Shown piece after piece: positions 50,307-60,177 of a stretch of 64,000 nucleotides of DNA; the first letter of the stretch is position 1; every line of letters begins with the position of its first letter. Origin of the DNA: Nitrospirota bacterium. GTDB taxonomy: Bacteria; Nitrospirota; Nitrospiria; Nitrospirales; Nitrospiraceae. The notes beneath the pieces were generated by a model. It did not search any database. It was not told where the DNA came from and saw nothing but the letters and a program-made list of their open reading frames with translations. The stretch spans positions 1,440,001 to 1,504,000 of the forward strand of contig CAVPBK010000006.1 of assembly GCA_963701855.1 (NCBI GenBank), given 5' to 3'. Made by a program: the position numbers and the translations under genes.

Positions 50307-50524
50307 GCGGCCATTCAGGCGAAGCCTCTCTTCATTGACGCCGCCGGATAACTCCCTCCAGTGGACCCTCACTTTCTTTTGCTTTCTCGATTTCCCCATT
50401 CCAAAAGAGCTCTTGCAAAGACCCTCTGGCTTTGAAAGATTTGGCTATATTTCCTTCAAAGGTACAATGGCTTCGTAATAGAGAACGGTGCCAGACACCT
50501 GTACTTGAGCAGAAATGCCGCACG

Positions 50525-50881
50525 TTACCCAGCGACCTTGTCCAATTTCCCGGTGATCCTCGTACGGACTGTCCCTCGCCGTCGCCCACTGGGAGCCTTG
50601 CGAACCGTGACTTCTACGTCTTGGCCTAACAGGGAAAGAAAGTGAATGAGGCGTTCGATAGAGAATCCCGCCATCTGACCGGCGAGGAGTTTTGAGACCT
50701 TAGCCTGGTCGATCCCTAGTTGAGCCGCCGCTTCGACCTGTTTCCACCCCCGCCTCTTGATGGTTTCTTGAAGCGCTTGAAGCAGACCGCTTTTCAGAAT
50801 TAGTTCTGCGGACTTTTCCTCTGAGAACCCCAAGTCCCTAAATACACTCCCGCTGCCTTTAGTGACTGTCGCGCGTGTCAT
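50525..50881 (-). CDS. XRE/HTH antitoxin (HigA-like)
   Basis: GSGSVFRDLGF, Q.EAA..LGIDQ.KVSKLL.G...FSIERL; ATGA overlap with the toxin. Confidence 0.88.
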   Translation of the reverse strand: MTRATVTKGSGSVFRDLGFSEEKSAELILKSGLLQALQETIKRRGWKQVEAAAQLGIDQAKVSKLLAGQMAGFSIERLIHFLSLLGQDVEVTVRKAPSGRRRGTVRTRITGKLDKVAG

Positions 50882-51216
50882 AGCTGTTGCTCCTTCCTCC
50901 ACTTCAATAAGTCGGCATATCGGCCCTTGGCAAGTTGGATATCGACTTTCGGAGTCTTCTGAGAGCGCTTCTCGAAGACATGCAGCACGTAGATCGCCTC
51001 CTCAAGCTTGGCGACGTAGAGAACCCGATAGGTCCCGCTTTCTTCCCAGACGCGGATCTCCTGCACACCGGCCCCAACCGTTGGCATGGGCTTCCAATCA
51101 TCCGGTTCTTTTCCTTGCTGTACCTTGAACAGTTGATGCCCCGCGGCTTCCCTGGCATTTTCGGGAAGCTCCCGCATGTCCTCCCGAGACGATCCGACGA
51201 AATGAACCGGCTTCAT
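50878..51216 (-). CDS. RelE/ParE (Gp49/HigB-like) toxin
   Basis: PDDWKPM..VG.GV.EIR, YRVLYVA, IYVLHVF.KRSQKT; toxin upstream of antitoxin. Confidence 0.9.
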   Translation of the reverse strand: MKPVHFVGSSREDMRELPENAREAAGHQLFKVQQGKEPDDWKPMPTVGAGVQEIRVWEESGTYRVLYVAKLEEAIYVLHVFEKRSQKTPKVDIQLAKGRYADLLKWRKEQQL

Positions 51217-51403
51217 TCAAGTCCTGCTGTACGGTGCTCTATGGTAGCCTGCCGCACGCTATGATATGCTACAATTGGCATATCTGAAAGAGGCCCGGTG
51301 AGTTGTTGAAAGCGGACCCTAACGGAGGTATCACACTTATCACAATATGATAGTTTTGAGGCACAAAGGCCTGCTGACTTTCGATGTCCGATTGAAAATT
51401 GCT

Positions 51404-51430
51404 GGGCCGTAGGTTCGACCCCTACACGGC
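51404..51430 (+). repeat. att-like 27-bp duplicate of the tRNA-Lys 3' portion
   Basis: GGGCCGTAGGTTCGACCCCTACACGGC identical to 50172-50198. Confidence 0.9.
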
Positions 51431-51455
51431 TCTGATTTATTGAATTGAAGCGGGG

Positions 51456-52451
51456 ATGTTCATGAAATTAATGCTTTGTAATATCGGGTGGCCAACCAAG
51501 TACGAAGGCTCCTTTCTTAAGGGTAGTCATGAATTCATAAAGAAACACAAAGGGGACGGATCGGAACGATGGAATTTCAAGAAGTTTCCGGACGGCAAGG
51601 TGTATGGATACATCAGGGGAATGGGAGGAAAGAGCCACTCTCCTCCTCAAGTGTCTGCAAATCTACAGAGTGGATGGACAATCCTTTACTATGCAAAAGA
51701 TCCCGATGATCAGATCCTAAAGTTTGTCGGATTCTATCGAAATGCTACTGTTTATTCTCGGTGGCGAGACCATCCAATCGATAAGGCCATTCGAGGAGAG
51801 ACTGAAAAGCATGTGTACTGCGCAACAACTTCCGCTCGTCAGGCGATATTGTTTCCGGAAGATAGGCGCCCGGTTCTCGGGAAAGGCTTTGGCCAAGCGG
51901 GCTTTGTTTATCTCACAAACCCGAAGACTCGAAAGATATCCAGGGGAAATGCAAGCCTCTACAAGCGAGTCCTCAGCCACCTAAAGGGCCGTCTTCCCCA
52001 CCCAGTAGACGACAAGAAAGTGAGGAGGCGTGCTTCGCCAACCACTATTGATCAGGAGCACCGCGAGGCTGTGGAAAAGGTGTCGATGTCATTTGTAACG
52101 CGCCAGCTCCGGAGGGAAGGATTTTCAGTGAAGGATATCTCACGGGAGAAAATCGGATTCGATCTCCAGTGCGCGCGAGGCGCAGATGTTGTGTATGTGG
52201 AAGTTAAAGGGACAGCTGGAACTGAACCCAGGTTTATCATCACTAAAAACGAGATCGAGTTTATGGAAAAAGACCCGTCTGCAATAATCGCCATCGTCAC
52301 CACTGCACTTGCTCAGCCAATGCTCCACGCTCTAAAGGGATTGAATATTCAGAAGGCATATAATTTAAGGCCTCTCCAGCTCGAGGCCATACCTCGCCTC
52401 AATAATTCGCACATAATTACTCGCAGGAAAAAGATGTTTAACCTGCCTTAG
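51456..52451 (+). CDS. DUF3883 (PD-(D/E)xK-like) domain protein with an uncharacterised N-terminal domain
   Basis: VEK.SM..V...L...GF.V.D....IGFDL.C...YVEVKGT...ITKNE. Confidence 0.75.
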   Translation: MFMKLMLCNIGWPTKYEGSFLKGSHEFIKKHKGDGSERWNFKKFPDGKVYGYIRGMGGKSHSPPQVSANLQSGWTILYYAKDPDDQILKFVGFYRNATVYSRWRDHPIDKAIRGETEKHVYCATTSARQAILFPEDRRPVLGKGFGQAGFVYLTNPKTRKISRGNASLYKRVLSHLKGRLPHPVDDKKVRRRASPTTIDQEHREAVEKVSMSFVTRQLRREGFSVKDISREKIGFDLQCARGADVVYVEVKGTAGTEPRFIITKNEIEFMEKDPSAIIAIVTTALAQPMLHALKGLNIQKAYNLRPLQLEAIPRLNNSHIITRRKKMFNLP

Positions 52452-52610
52452 GGGGGAAGGAATGAGCCATCTCTACCTGCTTGCGCTGATCTCCAGGCGG
52501 GGAGTAGGCTCAGCATTCGTGGGTCAAGTAAAACTTAGACATTGCCAGCAGACGTATTTTCCGATAATAATGTGTCGCACACTCTGCGAATTCCGATCAG
52601 CTTCAGCTCC

Positions 52611-53444
52611 ATGTCTGAAAAGAAATCTAATCTTCTTCCCGATTACGAACGACCGCCTGTAATCGAAGTGGTTTATGGCATGCAGTTTTCCCCGCTGATT
52701 GAACTGCGCACCCCACAGATCGGTCTTTTATGGCAAACAATCAAGGCTGATTACCCCAAGTTTAAAGAAATGCCAGTTCTCGCTCCCGTCATCGAGCGTT
52801 TCGATCAAGAGGGGAAAACCGAGCAGCCTACACTTGAGTTTCTTCAGGAAGCACCTCTTCCTCGGATGTTTTTCTTGGATGCCCACGAAAATTGGGTAAT
52901 GCAAATTCAGAATGATAGGTTTCTCCATAATTGGAAACGAGTTAACGATGACGACGTTTATCCAAGATATATTGCTGTCTCAGGAAAGTTCTTCCAGGGG
53001 TGGGACAGATTTTGTGAATTTTGTCGATCTGAAGGCATTTCTAAGCCAAAGTTAAATCAATTGGAATTGACGTATATCAATCACATACCCGTTCGTGCGA
53101 ACAGTACCATTGGAGACGAGATTACGGCGATATTCCCAGACATAGTTTGGCGAAAGAACCACGAATTTCTGCCGGTCCCAGAATCGCTTTCATGGAAAAC
53201 TTCTTTCCTCCTCCCAAACAACCAAGGCCGCTTACATGTTTCATTGCGTCATGCGATGCGCATAAAAGATAAGACCCCAACACTTCTCCTCGAACTCACA
53301 GCTAGAGGTATTCCTCAAACGCCCGAACTCCCTCAGATTATGGAATGGTTCTCGCTCAGTCGTGAATGGATAGTCAGGGGCTTCTCGGACCTGACTAATT
53401 CTGAGGTGCAGAAGAATGTGTGGGATCTGAAGACAAAGCTATGA
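52611..53444 (+). CDS. TIGR04255 family protein
   Basis: LPDYERPPVIEVVYGMQF, MQIQNDRFLHNW, YPRY, ELTYINHI, FSDLT...W. Confidence 0.8.
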   Translation: MSEKKSNLLPDYERPPVIEVVYGMQFSPLIELRTPQIGLLWQTIKADYPKFKEMPVLAPVIERFDQEGKTEQPTLEFLQEAPLPRMFFLDAHENWVMQIQNDRFLHNWKRVNDDDVYPRYIAVSGKFFQGWDRFCEFCRSEGISKPKLNQLELTYINHIPVRANSTIGDEITAIFPDIVWRKNHEFLPVPESLSWKTSFLLPNNQGRLHVSLRHAMRIKDKTPTLLLELTARGIPQTPELPQIMEWFSLSREWIVRGFSDLTNSEVQKNVWDLKTKL

Positions 53445-54136
53445 CTGAGTACGCGACTGAAGATAGTACAACAAGAAATAGGCACGCTGGCTCACTTTTT
53501 AGGCCGCTATACAAGATGGCTTCGGCCTTAGAAGAACCCAATGAGTATCAACGCAGGCTAGTTTCCTTACCAGGAGCTACTCTATCTTCTGTAGTCACTC
53601 ACCGAGTTGCATCAAGTCCTGATGTCTGGGGTGGGCAAGGAACAATTACGACATCACAATACGCACCCAACGTTTCTAATGCGACTGTCACGGTTGCAAC
53701 CAGCTTTGCTCATTTAATTGCGACGGAATATCTTGATTCTAGGAACATTGCCATTTCAAAGTTTGGCCTTGGCGTACGCAATGTTTTGTGGACTACCGAG
53801 CCGATTGAAGTTCCTGAAAATGCACCAGCGCATGCTCAGGCACGAAGCGTTCTTTTATCAGACGAGGTTCTAACGTTTTGCTCTCGAGAGCAGATCTTCA
53901 ATCATTTTCATCGCGCCCTTCGATTAGCTCAACAATCCTTTCTTGACCTAAAGAATATCGAAGTTGAAATTGAAAACGACCCAGAGTCTGAGGGTGAATG
54001 GCTAGTGATAGTTGTCCAAATCCATGGTGAAATAGGCAAAGTCCTTGATATGTACGATGCTTACACAAGGAAATTTGTTCGGGTAGTTCCTTGGCCGGCC
54101 CTGGACAAGATACGACTAATTTACGACTTCGTCTGA
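53441..54136 (+). CDS. Hypothetical protein: Ser/Thr-rich N-half plus small alpha/beta C-domain (possible antitoxin)
   Basis: ATGA overlap with the upstream gene; ends 2 bp before the HEPN gene. Confidence 0.65.
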   Translation: MTEYATEDSTTRNRHAGSLFRPLYKMASALEEPNEYQRRLVSLPGATLSSVVTHRVASSPDVWGGQGTITTSQYAPNVSNATVTVATSFAHLIATEYLDSRNIAISKFGLGVRNVLWTTEPIEVPENAPAHAQARSVLLSDEVLTFCSREQIFNHFHRALRLAQQSFLDLKNIEVEIENDPESEGEWLVIVVQIHGEIGKVLDMYDAYTRKFVRVVPWPALDKIRLIYDFV

Positions 54137-54138
54137 TT

Positions 54139-54582
54139 GTGGACCCCAAGAAATTCTTAGAGCTAGCGCAAGTGCTTGCGCTTGAGACACCTCAAGCCTC
54201 AAAACTCAGAACTGCCACAAGTCGTGCGTACTACGCAGCATATAACGTTAGCGTCGAGACGTTAGATGGTATGGGATTTCGAATAGACCGTTCTGGAAAT
54301 GGCCACGGACAAGTTCAGAATTTACTTGGCAATAGTAAAAACGAGGATCTTAAGAAAATCAGTAGTGACCTGGGAAGCTTGCTTACTAATAGGATAGGTG
54401 CAGATTACCGGATGGATGACCCGAGAGCAGAAAACCCGACCAACGTGAAGGCGCACGTGCTGCACGCAAGTAGAATCATTCAAACACTGGAGCGGTGTTG
54501 CGGAGGCCCCAATAGAAACGACATTATCCAGGCAATAAAGGACTATGGCCAATTGATCAAAGGTGCTGGGCAAAAAGGATAG
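54139..54582 (+). CDS. HEPN domain protein
   Basis: FLELA..L, RTATSRAYYAAY, H..V, RIGADY (Rx4Y-type motif). Confidence 0.8.
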   Translation: MDPKKFLELAQVLALETPQASKLRTATSRAYYAAYNVSVETLDGMGFRIDRSGNGHGQVQNLLGNSKNEDLKKISSDLGSLLTNRIGADYRMDDPRAENPTNVKAHVLHASRIIQTLERCCGGPNRNDIIQAIKDYGQLIKGAGQKG

Positions 54583-54773
54583 AACCCGCCTCTATTCGCA
54601 CTCGGTTCTGAGAATCTCAACACCCCACTCCACCCTACCTTAGGAAAATAACAGCTATCGAGAAATAAAAGAGCGCCATTCTGCCTATTTCAGCAGCAGC
54701 GGCCCCGTTTGCGCTGATCTTCAGGGAGAAGTAAGCTAACTGCGCTTGCTGTTCCGTTTCCAGGAGGCTCGCC

Positions 54774-55229
54774 ATGTGGGCTGTCTTCATCTTCTTGCTC
54801 CTGCTGCTGCCACTGCCTCTCTCCGTGCACGCGGAACATCTCGGCGAGTTGAGCGCGAATCCGTTCAATCCTAATTCCACATCCAATCCCTTCGGAGCCG
54901 GAAGCCCCTTCAAGCCGGACGGCCTGAACAATCCCTTCAGTCCCTACAGCAGTCCGTTTAGTAATCAATCGGCGACGAATCCATTCGCCACCGACGCGCC
55001 TCGGCTCCTTGCTCGTCTCTCTGGTCCGTCTGGTCTCTTTGGTTTCTCTGGCGATTTTCCGGTCCGGTCAACAAAACAGACCAAATAGACCAGATAAACG
55101 AGATAGACCAGTTTCGTATCTTCGTTCTCGCCGGACTCAATCAACAATCCCTTCGGCGCAGGGAATCCCTACAGCCCCAGCAGTCCCACGAATCCCTACG
55201 GCCGCGGCCTGCGAATCGAAGGACGCTGA
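54774..55229 (+). pseudogene. Secreted NPF/NPY-repeat protein interrupted by a 9-mer repeat element
   Basis: AGGAGG RBS, signal peptide and NPF repeats to ...DAPRL; ~115-bp insert with stops at 55086, 55095 and 55104; same frame resumes FSPDSINNPFGAGNPYSPSSPTNPYGRGLRIEGR*. Confidence 0.8.
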
Positions 55230-55283
55230 TCCAGCCGTTGAACAGCTCCACGTGATCTCATGGATGCTTGATACCTTGGCCTT

Positions 55284-55505
55284 ACACCTGCGAACCAGCT
55301 GCGTTGCGGCAACATCAAAGCGACCATCTGGGAGAATGTCAGCGAGAAAGGTCCGTTCTTCTCAACGACATTCTCTCGCCCCTTCAAGGATCAGTCTGGC
55401 GCGTGGCGCAATGGGACTTCTTTCAGTCTCAACGACCTTGAAGCGCTTGTCACCGTCGTGCGTGACGCCAAGGAATGGATCTCCGCTCATGCCTTGAAGC
55501 GTTGA
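55284..55505 (+). pseudogene. 5'-truncated small gene remnant
   Basis: Frame TPANQLRCGNIKATIWEN...FSRPFKDQSGAWRNGTSFSLNDLEAL...AKEWI* with no start after TGA at 55269; followed by a hairpin at 55518-55545. Confidence 0.5.
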
Positions 55506-55912
55506 ACCGCTTCAAGAGGAAGCCTCCGGCCTTCCGGGGGCTTCCCTTCGACCCATTTACGCTACTAGGTCTTTGTGAAATGACATAATTCTGACTTAGT
55601 TTGGTCTAGTTTTTGGTGGGAAAGTCAGAACAAGCACACGAATTTCTCGGAGCATTGGAAGGCGCTCCCGTGAACCCTGGGGGCGTCTAGTATTAGAAGT
55701 TGATGACGGCCTAACGAAGCGCTGCGCCAAACAGCTGTTGTAATCAAAAGTACAAGGGCAAATCGGGTCAGCCGGTGGCCCCCGAAGACCATCGGCGAGC
55801 CCATCCCTGAGCCAATTCAGCTAGCTTCTTTCTCGCATGCGATCCGAACCCTGCAGCGTCAGTGGTCAGATGTGTTCTTGTCAGGGAACCAATTTCGCAG
55901 GTATACCTGGAA

Positions 55913-57160
55913 TTAGTCGTGGATGATATTCATAAGGGAACGGTGTACTTTCAATCCACCGTTGTATTCGATGAGCCCCAATTTACGGAACTTGTTCATG
56001 AAAAAGCTCACGCGGGAGCGCGTCGTACCGATAATTTCCGCTAGCGTTTCCTGGCTGATCTTCGCAATCACCCGCTCCTGTTTGCCGTCCGTGCCAAAGT
56101 TGGCCATCAGGAGCAGGACCCGCGCCAGCCGCATCTCGCTGGAGTGGATAAGTTGATCCAGCATATCCTCCTGCAGCCGGATGTTACGGGTCAGCAGATG
56201 GGAGAGGAACAGTGCGGAAAAACCCGGTTCGTCGTGGAGCACCTGAACCGCCTGCGATTTCTCCAGTCGCACGATCCTGCAATTCGTCAGGGCCGTGGCA
56301 GTAACCATACGCGTCGGCTGGCCCGCGAGGCAGCTCTCGCCAAAGAAGTCGTCGGCCCCGAGCATGCCGACGGCCACTTCTTTGCCCTTTGAGGACACGA
56401 TCGTGAGCTTGATCGTGCCGTGCTGGATAAAACAGATGTCGTCGGACGGGTCGCCTTGCGAGAACACTTGCTGGTTCTTCCGGTAGTTGCCAATCGTGTG
56501 TCCTGCGCCGATCTTGGCGAGAAAGATTTGTGGATCGAACGGCAGTGTTGATTTCGGTTCCTTTCCTGCTTTCTTTAAAACCGGCAGCGGCCTAAAACGG
56601 CGACTGATTCTGGATAACTCAAGAGTGATTCCCTGAGGAGGCAGCACGAAATCAACACAGGCTGAAGCCTGAGCACTGAGAGGCATGCCGTTTATATCGG
56701 GAGACATATCCTGAGCAAAGGTTGTTCCTCCCATGGCCCTAATATGCTTGCATCCCTCAATACCGTCTCCCCCATATCCAGCGAGGAGAATGCCGATCGC
56801 ACGCGCCTCCATTGCCTCTGCTAACGACATAAACAAACAATCTATCTGCGCGTGCTTTCGAGTGGGCGGAGAGACGACCTTGAACGTATGGCTCTCAATG
56901 AGAAGATCTGCGTCCGGAGGACTCATGTAGACGTGATTCGCATGGATCGGCATCGCCGTGGAAGCCACCAGTACTGGCATTTTCGTGTGACGAGAGAGAA
57001 TTTCAGCTAACTGACCATTGGCGGTGGGGAGAAGATGAGAAACAAAGACAAAGGCCATACCTGTATGAGACGACATGGCGTCCAAGAGCGCTTTATAGGC
57101 GTGAAGCGCTCCAGCTGAGCCCCCGATACCAACAATGAGATTCGGATGTACTGGTCCCAT
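55913..57160 (-). CDS. CheB methylesterase-like domain fused to a Crp/Fnr regulator
   Basis: VGIGGSAGA, FVSHL, GILLAGYGGDG, GMP.SA (CheB); FSQGD, FGESCL, SQETLAEIIGTTRSRVS (cNMP-binding + HTH). Confidence 0.8.
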   Translation of the reverse strand: MGPVHPNLIVGIGGSAGALHAYKALLDAMSSHTGMAFVFVSHLLPTANGQLAEILSRHTKMPVLVASTAMPIHANHVYMSPPDADLLIESHTFKVVSPPTRKHAQIDCLFMSLAEAMEARAIGILLAGYGGDGIEGCKHIRAMGGTTFAQDMSPDINGMPLSAQASACVDFVLPPQGITLELSRISRRFRPLPVLKKAGKEPKSTLPFDPQIFLAKIGAGHTIGNYRKNQQVFSQGDPSDDICFIQHGTIKLTIVSSKGKEVAVGMLGADDFFGESCLAGQPTRMVTATALTNCRIVRLEKSQAVQVLHDEPGFSALFLSHLLTRNIRLQEDMLDQLIHSSEMRLARVLLLMANFGTDGKQERVIAKISQETLAEIIGTTRSRVSFFMNKFRKLGLIEYNGGLKVHRSLMNIIHD

Positions 57161-57188
57161 CGCTAAGCCAAATTTCCATCATCCACTT

Positions 57189-58703
57189 TTACCGTTGATT
57201 GTTGTTTTGTCTCTCAGAAATATTGTTTTCCAGCCTTCTTTTTCTGAGTGAGGCTTCTGCCATATCCACTGCTGCTAATTCAATTCCATCATCACTCAAA
57301 ATTAATTTTTGGACATCGCTGGAGTGGCCCATGCCACGAGACTTCACAATGTACAGTCCACGAATACGTTTCTTACCCGCTTCTTCTATTTCTCTCACGA
57401 CAACCCACGTGTCAATTAACGACGAGACGCCGACTTCACCGCTTGTGTAATTTTGTGCGGTTGACGAAACCAGACTGGTAAAATACCCGGTAATGCCCTT
57501 GGATTTTAAAAGATCAATCATGCGAGTCACCATTGATTGAATTTCACGTTGGCTCCCCTCTGCAATGAGACTGGTCAGGGGATCTATGACCACAGATTGT
57601 GGCTTGAAACCTTCAAGGGTCTTGTATAAATCGAGTAGATGCTGCTCTAGCCCAAAAAAGGAAGGTCTCGTAGACACGATCTTTAAGAGTCCTCTTTTCA
57701 CCACTGGTTCCAAATGAAGACCTATAGAAGTCATGTTTTGAATGAGCTGACCCGAAGATTCCTCATAAGACAGGAACAGACACCGTTCTCCACGTTTACA
57801 TCGTTCTAATGCGAATGCAGCCGCGAGGCTTGTTTTGCCAGTGCCTGCGGTACCTGAAATGAGTATCGTGCTGCCTTTGGTAAACCCTCCACCCCGGAAC
57901 ATTTTATCTAACGACGGAATTCCCGTCGAAACCCTCTTGCCTGTGCCCGGTTGATCGAGTCCAGCAGCCGTAATAGGAATGACTGAAAGGCCATTTGTAT
58001 CAATTACGAACGGATATTCGTTTGTTCCATGATTTGACCCACGATATTTAATGACACGAACCCTACGGATGGAAATTTGTTCATTCACTCTGTTATCCAG
58101 AAAAATGATGCAATCGGAAATGTACTCCTCCAGGCCATGACGCGTATACACGCCCTGTCCCGGCTCGCCGGTCACGATTGCCGTCACGTGTTTCGCCTTA
58201 AGCCATCGGAAAAGTCTTTTGATCTCTAAGCGAAGAATGCCTGAATTGGTGAGACCTGCAAAGAGAGATTCGATCGAATCTAACACCACGCGTTTGGCGC
58301 CAATGGAATCAATGGCATGTTCCAAACGAATGAGGAGTCCTTCAAGATTAAAGTCGCTTTCTTGAATATCTCTCCGCTGCAACAGAACATGGACAAGTAG
58401 AATCTTCTTTTGTGACACCAGCCTTTGCAAATCCAGGTTGAGAGAAGCCACGTCGTGATACAGTTCATCTTCTGTCTCTTCAAAGGACATGAAGACGCCT
58501 GGCTCGTTGTAATTGATCGCACCCTTGACGACAAAATCAATCCCCCAAAGGGTTTTTCCAGACCCAGCACTTCCGCAAATTAACGTGGTTCTATTTTTCG
58601 GAAGCCCACCTTCTGTAATTTGGTCAAAACCTTTGATGCCGGTGGGGCACTTGAGTAATTGATAATGGTTCAGGGCCTTTGTTTTCTTAGAAGTTTTGGG
58701 CAT
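57189..58703 (-). CDS. kaiC: Double-domain KaiC-like ATPase
   Basis: GSAGSGKT and GTAGTGKT Walker A, SFEE/SYEE, KYRGSNH, VSSLIDT phosphosite region, KSRGMGHS. Confidence 0.9.
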   Translation of the reverse strand: MPKTSKKTKALNHYQLLKCPTGIKGFDQITEGGLPKNRTTLICGSAGSGKTLWGIDFVVKGAINYNEPGVFMSFEETEDELYHDVASLNLDLQRLVSQKKILLVHVLLQRRDIQESDFNLEGLLIRLEHAIDSIGAKRVVLDSIESLFAGLTNSGILRLEIKRLFRWLKAKHVTAIVTGEPGQGVYTRHGLEEYISDCIIFLDNRVNEQISIRRVRVIKYRGSNHGTNEYPFVIDTNGLSVIPITAAGLDQPGTGKRVSTGIPSLDKMFRGGGFTKGSTILISGTAGTGKTSLAAAFALERCKRGERCLFLSYEESSGQLIQNMTSIGLHLEPVVKRGLLKIVSTRPSFFGLEQHLLDLYKTLEGFKPQSVVIDPLTSLIAEGSQREIQSMVTRMIDLLKSKGITGYFTSLVSSTAQNYTSGEVGVSSLIDTWVVVREIEEAGKKRIRGLYIVKSRGMGHSSDVQKLILSDDGIELAAVDMAEASLRKRRLENNISERQNNNQR

Positions 58704-58914
58704 ACCTGTCTCCAATCAGTTCGAGCTGACATTCCGGTCTGAGACTAAAATAATACAACGTCGAAAACTGTCCCATAGTGCACAGTTGCAAGATTGAATG
58801 AGAGGACGGGCAGTCAGACAGGATGATCGTCTCCCGATTCAGCGACCCATGTCCTACCTAGGTTGAAATACACTGGCGAAAATCTTGTTTGAGCTCTTCC
58901 ACGAGGATGCGTCT

Positions 58915-59238
58915 GAAATTCGTCGTGCAGTACACGGATCATCACCTGTTTGGCAATACGGACGATCGTAGATTTTTCTGTAGCGGCTGCCGTGGCCATA
59001 CACACCAGCTGCCCGGCCAGACACCCTTCACCAAAAAAGCACCCTGCTCCAATATCGCGACGATCGCTTCTTGGCCCTGGGACGATGCCACGGAAAGCCT
59101 GACTTTGCCCGTTTGAATATAGAACACGGCGGACGCCGCGTCGCCTTGCGAAAACAGAATCTGTTTCTTTGAACAGTTCAGCGTGGTATTGCCGTTGCCA
59201 ATTTCGGTGAGGAATTGCTAGAGATGAAACTTCGCCAT
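58915..59238 (-). pseudogene. Crp/Fnr family regulator remnant
   Basis: MAKFHL*QFLTEIG...LFSQGDAASAVFYIQTGKVRL..., frameshift, FGEGCLAGQ...VLHDE then truncated; paralogous to the Crp half of 55913-57160. Confidence 0.8.
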
Positions 59239-59535
59239 TCGTTAAGCCTTTCCGATCTTCTTCCCTTGAAATCGGGAGGAGCCGAGAACCACTGACACAG
59301 TGGTTTTTCTACCATAATCGACACGGAAATCAAGACCATCTGTGAGGACAGGAAGCGGCGTTACGGGCGAATCGTGAGGAGCATAGGAGGCTCTAGGGCG
59401 AGCGGTTTGCATGAAGAATGCGAACGACAGCGCTGAGCTGTATTGACCAGTCGGCAACCGGTCCAGTGGCTTAGCATGAGCGTAGATTCATCGTGTCCCA
59501 CAAAGGGGCGCATCACAGACAAAGGAGACTTCATT

Positions 59536-60177
59536 ATGACGAAGATAGCAATGGTAGTCATCGGAATGGGATTGGTGAGCGTCCCATTCGCTATGTACTC
59601 TCATGCCGAAATGAAGTCGGACAATCCCCTGGACGCGAGCGAGATCGGGTCGCCGCAGCCCAGGGGAGCGATCCAGGCGGGCGAGACGGATATGACCAAC
59701 ACCAAAGGCCAAGGCGGTGTCCCGAGCAAGTACACCATCATGCCCGTTGCCAGAGGGAAGAAGGTGGAAGTTAATAATGAAATGATCGGCGATACGGTCA
59801 AGAATACCAAAGGTGAGGACCTTGGCAAGTTGGAGCAACTCATCATGGATTCTGAGACCAAGAGGATTGAGTATGGAATGATCTCAATTGGCGATACCGG
59901 CCAATTGAAAGCCTATCCCTGGAGCGCCTTCAAGGTGAACAAGGAACAAGGAAACGTTGTACTCAATGTGACCCGGGAACAGCTCGGGATGAAGGCGACC
60001 GATCTCTCTCCGGACGTTCAGGCGCTCCAAGACCAATTACAGACCTTGCGAAGAAGTGAGTCACGCATAGGAGTACGCGAGGGACAGAATTTCGGCGACC
60101 GTGGCGATGCTGGCCCAATGGGCGAAACAAAAAAAGGCGGGGGTGGCGCGGAACGATCACCGGCAGTCAACAAGTAA
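59536..60177 (+). CDS. Exported PRC-barrel domain protein
   Basis: AAGGAG RBS, signal peptide, MIGDTVKNTKGEDLGKLEQLIMD...YPWSAF. Confidence 0.82.
   Translation: MTKIAMVVIGMGLVSVPFAMYSHAEMKSDNPLDASEIGSPQPRGAIQAGETDMTNTKGQGGVPSKYTIMPVARGKKVEVNNEMIGDTVKNTKGEDLGKLEQLIMDSETKRIEYGMISIGDTGQLKAYPWSAFKVNKEQGNVVLNVTREQLGMKATDLSPDVQALQDQLQTLRRSESRIGVREGQNFGDRGDAGPMGETKKGGGGAERSPAVNK

Noticed and set aside
59397..59411. Sigma-54-like GG-N10-GC upstream of the PRC-barrel gene
   Set aside because: The -24 element (GGGCGA) deviates from TGGCAC; too weak to call.
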